The position numbers and the translations under genes were made by a program. Shown here in pieces: positions 1-7,482 of a stretch of DNA of 22,211 bases. This stretch comes from Candidatus Hermodarchaeota archaeon (lineage in GTDB: Archaea > Asgardarchaeota > Lokiarchaeia > Sigyniarchaeales > SOKP01). The stretch covers positions 1 to 22,211 of the forward strand of contig JBHLLP010000054.1 of NCBI GenBank assembly GCA_048885525.1. The letters are read 5' to 3'. Position 1 is the stretch's first letter. The number at the start of each line of letters is the position of its first letter. The notes under the pieces are model-generated. The model did not search any database and had not been told where the DNA came from. It saw only the letters and a program-made list of their open reading frames with translations.

Positions 1-1
1 T

Positions 2-3000
2 GATACTGGACCTTTAAGAAGAGATTTAATCCCAATGTATATGCTTGGATGGGCTCCTGATTATATAGATCCAGAAAATTATATTACACCATTATACAGT
101 AACACATCAGCGATTTGGGTTAATACCTATGATTATGAATTAGAGCAATTAATGCTCGCAGGAGAAACAACAGTTGATATTACCACCCGAAAAGCCATTT
201 ACAACGAGATCCAACAGAAATTATTAGAAGAACTTTACTTTTTTGCTTGGATCTCAGTAGGTAAGAATTATGATGTATATCAAGATTATGTAAAGGGTTG
301 GGTTCCTAATGCTATTTATAGACTCGATTTCCACTCTGTTTATATCGATATAACAACAATATCAATGGTTCAATCATTAAATTATGGAACAATTGTAGAT
401 CCTACTGATCTAGATCCTCACCTTTCTTATGATACAGCTGGATGGAATGTGATTTCTCAAATTTGTGAGGGATTATATAAATTTAATTTCACAGATCCGG
501 CATCCTCATTAGTTCCTGTACTTGCAACTGCACTTCCGACAGTTTCCCCAGATGGATTGAATATTACTATCCCCCTTAGAACTGGTGTAAAATTTCAAGA
601 TGGTACTAATTTTAATGCCACAGCTGCTAAATGGAATTTTGATAGAGTTAATTATTTTTTAAATTATTCAGGGAACCAATATTTAACCTCCCCATTTAAT
701 GTACCCCTTCCTGCTACTAGCCAATTAACTAAAGTGTATTCTTTATTCACATATGGAGGGATACCGATTATAAATAGAACAGAAGTGATAGGACCATATA
801 TTATAAGAATTGTGCTGAATATGCCAAAAGCATCTATTATTAATTTATTAGCTTTTCCCTCTACACTTATGCAATCTCCAACTTCTGCTCAAATTCAAGG
901 GAAAGAACTTGATTATCTCACATACGCCGATGGTGATGTGTTAATTGGGACGGGGCCTTTTATTTTACAGAATTACCAAGAGGATGTTCAAGTTAAATTT
1001 ATTGGAAACCCCAATTACTGGCAAGGGGCTCCACAATTAACAAATTTGACATTTTGGACAATTGAGGATGATATTGCTTTGAATACAGCAGTATTAGCAG
1101 GTGATATTGACCTATATGATTCACCAGGAATATCCTTCTTAGACCAATTCAGAAATGATCCATACACAACTCTCTTGGAAGCCGGACCTACTGTAAATAC
1201 GAACTATATGGGATTCAATGGTTATATGGTCAATACCACCTTCAGGAAAGCAATCTCATATGCGATTAATTATTCTTATCTAATTGATGTCGTTTTGGAA
1301 GGTAGAGGTTACAGATTGAAATCTCCAATCCCCACAGGAATACCAATGTCGAATTATTCGTTCAATTACCCCATATTCGATCGTGCATATGCCCAATCAA
1401 TCATGCAATCTATCGGGTTTGGAACAAGCTTTACTACAGATGCCCAGTGGCTTGCTGTAGCCGCAGGAGGAGGATGGGGATTTGGATGGAACATCACAGT
1501 TCAAACAGAAGGTACAACTCGAAGAGACCTTGCTTTATATATTTCAGATTGTCTAAAATATTTAGGGATTGATGCCCCAGTAGTACAAGTTCCGTTCTGG
1601 AATTTAATCGAATGCATGATGGATTTGGCACCCTTCAGTAGAGAAATGATACCGATGTATATGTTAGGATGGGCTCCTGATTACTATGATCCAGAAAATT
1701 ACATAACACCGTTATTCAGCAACATCTCAGCAATTTGGGTTAATACTTATGATTATGAATTAGAGCAATTAATACTCGCGGGAGAAACAACAGTAGATAT
1801 TGCTGCTAGAGAAATAATTTACAATCAGATCCAAAAGAAGTTAGTTGAAGAACTCTATTTTCATGTTTGGATCTCGACAGGCAAGAATTATGATGTATAT
1901 CAAAATCATGTTCACGGATGGGTTCCTAATACCCATAATAGACTTGATTTTTACTCCATTTATATTGAGGAAGAGTATTGGATTCTGAATCCAATAATTA
2001 TTGATGATACAGGTGGCGGAGATTTTACTTGGGCACAAGCAGTTTCTCAATCATGGTGTAATGGTTCGGGGACATCCTCTGATCCCTATGTTATTGAAAA
2101 GATAAAAATTAATGGAAAAGATTCTGAAAGTTGTATAGATATTCGAAATTCTGATGTGCATTTTATAATAAAAAATTCTGTATTTTATAATTCTGGTGAT
2201 AGTAATTATGATGCAGGGATCAGGTTAGAGAATATTTCAAATGGAACCTTATTCAATAACAATTGTTCTAATAATAATGGTAATGGAATTGCATTAATAA
2301 ACTGTATTAACAATACAATTTCAGGAAATATAGTTTATCAAAATAATTATGCCGGTATAGTATTATCTTCATCTAATAAGAGCATTGTCTCAGGCAATAC
2401 AGTATATCTCAATAATTTACATGGTATATCCATAGAGGATAGTATTATGAATGAAATTTCTGGAAATACTGCATACAATAATAGTTATAATGGGATATTT
2501 TTAACATATTGTAATAACTCCAGAATTTTAGGAAATACTATATATAATAATTATCAAAATGGTATATACGTATGGTATAGTAATTACTCCATAATATCGG
2601 AAAATACAGCATATAATCATCCCTGGAAAGGGATAAGATTAGAGTACTCTAAAAATAACGATGTTATAGGTAATGTAGTATATGAAAGTATTGAAGACGG
2701 AATATATTTATATTATAGTGATGAAAATCAGATCTCGGGAAATAATGCCTATGATAATTTAAACGGGATATACTTATGGGTATCAAATGATAACAATCTC
2801 ATAAAAAATACTCTGTACAACAATGATGATAATGGAATAGGATTATATGACTGTGACAATACATTCATTATTGGAAATATTCTAAACATGAATGGCTTGA
2901 ACCCATATTACGCTTCATTAGGAAATAACAACTTTTTTCGGTGGAATTTAGCAGATGGTTATACTGATCCAATTGTCTTTGATGATGCTGGTGGGGGAGA

Positions 3001-4933
3001 TTTTACCTGGGTAGAAGCTAAAAATCAATTAGCTTGGTTTAGTGGTTCCGGCACTGGTATTGATCCATATATAATCGAAAATATAATAGTTAATGGTCAA
3101 AATTCTGGTAGTTGCATAGAGATAATAAACTCTAATGCATATCTTATTATTAGAAATTGCAAATTTACCAATTCTGGGAGTGGAACCTCAGATGCGGGAA
3201 TCAAATTAGTATATGTTACTGCAGCAGCAACGGAAATAATTAATGTTGACTGTTCGTATAATAATGGTTATGGAATTTATCTTACTTATTGTCAAGGTAT
3301 CAACATAAGGAACTGTATAATAAATAACAATGCAAGAGATGGTATTGCCCTATTTAACAGTAATAACAATTATATCGAATATAATGACAATACAGTTAAT
3401 TACAATAATGGAAATGGTATATTTTTAAATTCAAGTCATTATAATGAAATCAATAATAATATCATAAACTATAATTCTGTAGGGATTTATTTCAATGGAT
3501 CCAATTATAATACAATATCATTTAATGATTTACAATTTAATACCATAGAAGCAGTCGTGCTAAAGGGAGTGTGTATCGGGAATATTTTTTCAGATAATAA
3601 TCCACCTATTAGTATTGGGGGTGATGGTGATGGAGACGGCGAATTCCCACTTTGGATTATTATATTAGTTATAGTAGGTATAATCGCTTTAGTAGCTATA
3701 GGTGGTGGTGTGTTAGTTTTGAAGAAAAGATCAACTAAGCCTAGAAAAGTTGAGGAAGAAGAACTGATAGTAGGAGCAACATTAAAAGAGGAGAAGAAAC
3801 TCGAAAAAAATAGACAAAAAATTGAGGCGAAAGAAAAGAAAATCGAGAGAGATCTTCAAAAGAAAATGTCATTCGTGGATTACTTGATAAAGGAAGGTAA
3901 ATATAGGATGGCTCTTAAAAACTTAAATGAAATTCAAGAAAAAGCTCAGGCTAGTAAATTAACAGAGCTTGAAAACAGATCTAAAGAAAGAAGAAAATTA
4001 TGTGAGAAATTGTTTGAAGAAAAGATCGAACAGGAAAAACTAAAAGAGGAGGAAAGAAAAGAAGAAGTACGATTGAAAACAGAGAAAAAACTAGAGAAGG
4101 AGAGGTTAAAAGAAGAGGAAAAGAGAGAGCAAATTAAGAAGGTTCTTCGAATTAAAATATCAGATTTAGATTACTTAATCCAAGAAAACATGATAGATCT
4201 GGCCATTGAAAACTTAGTTAAGATTCAAAAAGAGGCTCAGGCTCAGGTATTAACTGATATTGTAAAAGAAATTGAGGAAAAGATAATTTCATATAAAAAA
4301 TCAAAATTAGAAATAGTGAATCGAATTAAACAGATTATTTTAAATTTAGGTGCCAAATTTACTCGTTTACAGCTCATTGATATTAGTGAGAAGAGTGGTA
4401 TTAAAGATGAAGCTCTAATTGAGAATGTAATTCAGGAAATGATAAAAAATAAAGAAATTCAAGGTGAGTATTTCTCGAGTTCTAAAGCACTTGCTATAGA
4501 AGTTGTATCTCCCGTACCAGTAGTGGAAAAAGAAGGATTATATCATGTTTTTATAAGTTATTCTACATTGGACACTGAGTATTTTCAAATATCAAAAATT
4601 GTAAGGCATTTAGAACTATATCCCGAAATAAAGAAAGTTTTATTCTGGGAAGCAGATAGTAAACAAAATATTGTAGAATTTATGGAGGAAACGCTAAAAA
4701 AAACTAATGCTTTCGTTTTATTTTGTTCTGAGAATTCTATGAAATCTGAGGCGGTAAAAGGTGAATGGCAAGCAGCATATCAAATGGTGAAAAAAGGTCT
4801 AATGAAAATGATTCCTGTATATGAAAATGAAGATCATATTCCTAGATTATTATGGCAAATGTTAAATATTAAATATACCAAGGATAATTTTGAGGAATTT
4901 ATCCAAAAACTATATGAGGAGATCTTAAGATAA
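2..4933 (+). CDS. Large single-pass membrane protein, 5'-truncated: tandem family-5 (peptide/nickel-type) solute-binding domains + two NosD/CASH-like parallel beta-helix modules + TM helix + coiled coil + winged-helix/PCI-like segment + C-terminal TIR domain
   Basis: The frame is open from base 2 (DTGPLRRDLIP precedes the M at 35), so the true start lies upstream of the window. SBP family-5 motifs: LDPH, QICEGLY, VKFQDGTNFNATAAKWNFDR, IGTGPF, FRKAISYAIN, GWAPDY-DP. Asn-rich GIxLxxSxxNxIxGN beta-helix repeats at about 1990-3600. Hydrophobic FPLWIIILVIVGIIALVAIGGGVLVL followed by KKR at about 3644-3730. TIR signature VFISYS...FVLFCSENSMKSEAVKGEW...MIPVY at 4541-4930. Confidence 0.9.
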   Translation, partial: DTGPLRRDLIPMYMLGWAPDYIDPENYITPLYSNTSAIWVNTYDYELEQLMLAGETTVDITTRKAIYNEIQQKLLEELYFFAWISVGKNYDVYQDYVKGWVPNAIYRLDFHSVYIDITTISMVQSLNYGTIVDPTDLDPHLSYDTAGWNVISQICEGLYKFNFTDPASSLVPVLATALPTVSPDGLNITIPLRTGVKFQDGTNFNATAAKWNFDRVNYFLNYSGNQYLTSPFNVPLPATSQLTKVYSLFTYGGIPIINRTEVIGPYIIRIVLNMPKASIINLLAFPSTLMQSPTSAQIQGKELDYLTYADGDVLIGTGPFILQNYQEDVQVKFIGNPNYWQGAPQLTNLTFWTIEDDIALNTAVLAGDIDLYDSPGISFLDQFRNDPYTTLLEAGPTVNTNYMGFNGYMVNTTFRKAISYAINYSYLIDVVLEGRGYRLKSPIPTGIPMSNYSFNYPIFDRAYAQSIMQSIGFGTSFTTDAQWLAVAAGGGWGFGWNITVQTEGTTRRDLALYISDCLKYLGIDAPVVQVPFWNLIECMMDLAPFSREMIPMYMLGWAPDYYDPENYITPLFSNISAIWVNTYDYELEQLILAGETTVDIAAREIIYNQIQKKLVEELYFHVWISTGKNYDVYQNHVHGWVPNTHNRLDFYSIYIEEEYWILNPIIIDDTGGGDFTWAQAVSQSWCNGSGTSSDPYVIEKIKINGKDSESCIDIRNSDVHFIIKNSVFYNSGDSNYDAGIRLENISNGTLFNNNCSNNNGNGIALINCINNTISGNIVYQNNYAGIVLSSSNKSIVSGNTVYLNNLHGISIEDSIMNEISGNTAYNNSYNGIFLTYCNNSRILGNTIYNNYQNGIYVWYSNYSIISENTAYNHPWKGIRLEYSKNNDVIGNVVYESIEDGIYLYYSDENQISGNNAYDNLNGIYLWVSNDNNLIKNTLYNNDDNGIGLYDCDNTFIIGNILNMNGLNPYYASLGNNNFFRWNLADGYTDPIVFDDAGGGDFTWVEAKNQLAWFSGSGTGIDPYIIENIIVNGQNSGSCIEIINSNAYLIIRNCKFTNSGSGTSDAGIKLVYVTAAATEIINVDCSYNNGYGIYLTYCQGINIRNCIINNNARDGIALFNSNNNYIEYNDNTVNYNNGNGIFLNSSHYNEINNNIINYNSVGIYFNGSNYNTISFNDLQFNTIEAVVLKGVCIGNIFSDNNPPISIGGDGDGDGEFPLWIIILVIVGIIALVAIGGGVLVLKKRSTKPRKVEEEELIVGATLKEEKKLEKNRQKIEAKEKKIERDLQKKMSFVDYLIKEGKYRMALKNLNEIQEKAQASKLTELENRSKERRKLCEKLFEEKIEQEKLKEEERKEEVRLKTEKKLEKERLKEEEKREQIKKVLRIKISDLDYLIQENMIDLAIENLVKIQKEAQAQVLTDIVKEIEEKIISYKKSKLEIVNRIKQIILNLGAKFTRLQLIDISEKSGIKDEALIENVIQEMIKNKEIQGEYFSSSKALAIEVVSPVPVVEKEGLYHVFISYSTLDTEYFQISKIVRHLELYPEIKKVLFWEADSKQNIVEFMEETLKKTNAFVLFCSENSMKSEAVKGEWQAAYQMVKKGLMKMIPVYENEDHIPRLLWQMLNIKYTKDNFEEFIQKLYEEILR
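35..1965 (+). repeat. Intragenic direct repeat with a 1620-nt (540-aa) period: about 35-345 repeats at about 1655-1965 (duplicated solute-binding domain C-terminus)
   Basis: atgtatatgcttggatgggctcctgattatatagatccagaaaatt at 35 versus atgtatatgttaggatgggctcctgattactatgatccagaaaatt at 1655. The protein block MYMLGWAPDY.DPENYITPL.SN.SAIWVNTYDYELEQL.LAGETTVDI occurs twice, with many differences at synonymous positions. Confidence 0.95.
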
Positions 4934-4949
4934 TCCATTTAGGAAAACC

Positions 4950-5010
4950 TTGTACTTTTCTTTTAACTAATTTTTTTTTAAGGAGAAATTAAAAAATTTT
5001 ATTATTTGAT
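4950..5010. terminator. Probable oligo-T intrinsic terminator region between convergent genes
   Basis: T-runs (cttttcttttt, ttttttttt) follow the stop at 4933, with A-runs nearby (T-runs on the minus strand). Archaeal intrinsic terminators are oligo-T tracts. The AT-rich background lowers specificity. Confidence 0.4.
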
Positions 5011-5094
5011 TTACCGTTTTGTAATAAAATTTGTAAATTAGAGAAGAACCTACATTTTTAGGCTTTAAATAAATCACAATATAAAAAATATAAG

Positions 5095-6051
5095 TTAAAT
5101 AGCAATATTAATCGGAACATATAAAACAATTGAAAGAAGAGCTGCCATTGGAAATGTTAAAAACCAGATTAAAACTATTTTCCATACACCTTTCTTAGTG
5201 GGAGTATGACTTGCTTTAGATAATCCTACAAGAGAGGCAACTAACATATGAGACCCTGATAATGGAATTCCTAATGCAGTACCAACAAATAATATCGCAG
5301 CTGTAGGAATTTGTGCTGCAAAAGCCGTACTTGGATACAATTCTGTAATTCTTCCAACGCTTTTAATGACACCACGACCTAAAACTATTAATCCTCCTGC
5401 TAAACTAAATCCAGTTATTAATAGAAGAAGATTAATTTGAATATCCCCAATCCCAACAACAATTCCTACTGCATTTGAACAATCATTTCCTGATCTTGAG
5501 AATGCGGTGATACAGATGACTATTAAAACTATATACGCAAAGACTTTTTCAGTTTTTTCTAGGCTCTGAAATCCATTTAAGTGCTTAACTTTGTATTTGT
5601 GCATAAGTTTAAAAACAGAAAAAGAGACAACATAACCTATAATTGGTGATAAAATCCACCAGATGCTCAATTCAAGAATTTTAAACCAATCAAGACTAGC
5701 ATTGAGAGCTATTCCAAGACCTATAACAGCTCCGATTGTTGCATGAGTTGTTGATATTGGCAGTCCAAATGCAGATGATAGTATTAACCAAATAGCAGTA
5801 GATACTAAAATTGTTATCACAATTGCATTATTAAGATCTGCCAAAATACCCTTACCAACCGTTTTGCTTACAGCTTCACCAAGTATAAGGGCACCTGTTA
5901 TTGCAAAAATTGTAGCTAAAATCAGAATATGTTTCATATTAAGAATTCTTGAGCCGAAGATTCCAGCAAAGGTTTCATCATTTGCTCCAATTCCAAATGC
6001 TATTATTATCGTTATGACTAAAAAAGTAGTTAAGATTATTGAAAAAGCCAT
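5095..6051 (-). CDS. pit: Inorganic phosphate transporter, PiT (PHO4) family
   Basis: Multi-TM protein with GAND, GLPISTTHATIGAVIG, GNDCSNAVG and GIPLSGSH motifs and a C-terminal IVLIWFLTFP. SD-like GAGGAGTGA upstream of the ATG. Lies directly downstream of a DUF47 gene, the usual arrangement. Confidence 0.93.
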   Translation of the reverse strand: MAFSIILTTFLVITIIIAFGIGANDETFAGIFGSRILNMKHILILATIFAITGALILGEAVSKTVGKGILADLNNAIVITILVSTAIWLILSSAFGLPISTTHATIGAVIGLGIALNASLDWFKILELSIWWILSPIIGYVVSFSVFKLMHKYKVKHLNGFQSLEKTEKVFAYIVLIVICITAFSRSGNDCSNAVGIVVGIGDIQINLLLLITGFSLAGGLIVLGRGVIKSVGRITELYPSTAFAAQIPTAAILFVGTALGIPLSGSHMLVASLVGLSKASHTPTKKGVWKIVLIWFLTFPMAALLSIVLYVPINIAI

Positions 6052-6067
6052 TTTGAATCACTCCTCT

Positions 6068-6724
6068 TTACTTACTTGGATATTTAACAATTAGACTTCT
6101 TAGAAAATCGCTAAATTCTTCAGCTCTTTCGATCATATCAAACAATTTTATGCATATTTTTGATGTTAAGTATATTTGAAGAGATCTTTCTTTTGGTTTT
6201 TTATAAATTACCCCTAAAATCTTAAATTTGGAATCACGACCAATTCTTTTTAGGTTTTCTATGTAGAATGATTTCTCATATGCGGTTTTAAAATCTGTTT
6301 CCATAAGGTTTATCATTTCAATTAGAACTTTAATACTTTCTTCATATGTATTATTGAGTTTTGTCATTTCCTCCTTTATATCATCATAAAGATTAAAAGG
6401 AAAGACTAATAAGCCACGAGCAAGTTCTTCTGATTTATCAGAAATAATATCTAAATATTTAATTAATCTATATCGATCCTCTACTAAGAAGGGTAGAGAT
6501 CTCTTATCCTCATAAAGAACATTAATATACTTCTCTTTTGCAACATCTCCTTCATGCTCACATTTAATTACTTCTTCTAATTTATTACTTTTTAATTTTC
6601 CATCGATTAAATCATTAATACATTCGTGGAGCAAATCCGAACCTTTCAAAACTTGATTATAAAATCCTTTTGCTACATCTAATAACTTACTTTTTTTATT
6701 TTTTAATAATTTCAATCTATTCAC
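6068..6724 (-). CDS. DUF47 / PhoU-like phosphate transport regulator
   Basis: 218-aa helical protein with EHEGD...LPFLVEDRYRLIKYLDIISDKSE, typical of DUF47. GTG start. Only 16 nt separate it from the PiT gene. Confidence 0.88.
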   Translation of the reverse strand: MNRLKLLKNKKSKLLDVAKGFYNQVLKGSDLLHECINDLIDGKLKSNKLEEVIKCEHEGDVAKEKYINVLYEDKRSLPFLVEDRYRLIKYLDIISDKSEELARGLLVFPFNLYDDIKEEMTKLNNTYEESIKVLIEMINLMETDFKTAYEKSFYIENLKRIGRDSKFKILGVIYKKPKERSLQIYLTSKICIKLFDMIERAEEFSDFLRSLIVKYPSK

Positions 6725-6885
6725 ACCAATAATTAATAATCATATAAGGTTTTTTTAATCTCATTTATTATTTATTTCTTAAAAAAAATTTCTTTTTTGA
6801 TGTAAACTCTTTAAGTATAAGCCCCAAATTAAGGTCGAGAAAAAAATTTTATATTATTAAATTTTCTATAATTTAAGAAACATAG

Positions 6886-7458
6886 TTGGAAGTATTCTTG
6901 CCATTTCTCGAAATAAAATTAGCGAATATAATCTTTGACCCAAAGGTGCAGAATTATTGTGTTAATCCTAATTTTAAATGCCCCAGTTATGGACATTCGT
7001 GGGCTTGTCCACCTGAAGCACCATACTTAGAACATGAAGTCTCTACATATAAAAAATTTTACCTTGTTTATGTTAAATTTGATTTAAATTCATACGTTGA
7101 AGAAGTAAAAGCAAAAAATCCTAAAAGAAATGAAGATCATATACGAAACGCTTTCTTTATGAAAAATTTATTGCGAGACAATTTAGAAAAAGAAATTCTA
7201 AATTTCTTTGAAGTAGTACAAATTTCCTATGAAGAAAGACTTATTTTATGGGATGGCTTTTGTAGATTATGTTATAACAAAAAAGATAAAGGATGCACTT
7301 ATGATGCTGGTGAACCTTGTCGCTATCCTAACCAAAAAAGATATTCTATGGAAGCCATAGGAATTGATGTAACTCAAACTGTTAAAAATTTACATTTTAA
7401 TATAGAATGGCCTCCTAATGATTTTGTGTATCGTTTTGGTCTAGTATGTTTTAAATAA
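6886..7458 (+). CDS. DUF2284 family predicted metal-binding protein
   Basis: Cys pattern C-x5-CPSYGHSWACPP ... GFCRLC ... C ... CRYP ... RYSMEAIGIDV ... FGLV. TTG start. Confidence 0.88.
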   Translation: MEVFLPFLEIKLANIIFDPKVQNYCVNPNFKCPSYGHSWACPPEAPYLEHEVSTYKKFYLVYVKFDLNSYVEEVKAKNPKRNEDHIRNAFFMKNLLRDNLEKEILNFFEVVQISYEERLILWDGFCRLCYNKKDKGCTYDAGEPCRYPNQKRYSMEAIGIDVTQTVKNLHFNIEWPPNDFVYRFGLVCFK

Positions 7459-7482
7459 ATAGTAATAAAGAATAGAGAAAGA

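Noticed and set aside
35-37. ATG at 35 (and GTG at 22106) as true starts
   Set aside because: Both frames remain open to the window edges, and the Met at 35 corresponds to an internal Met of the repeated domain.
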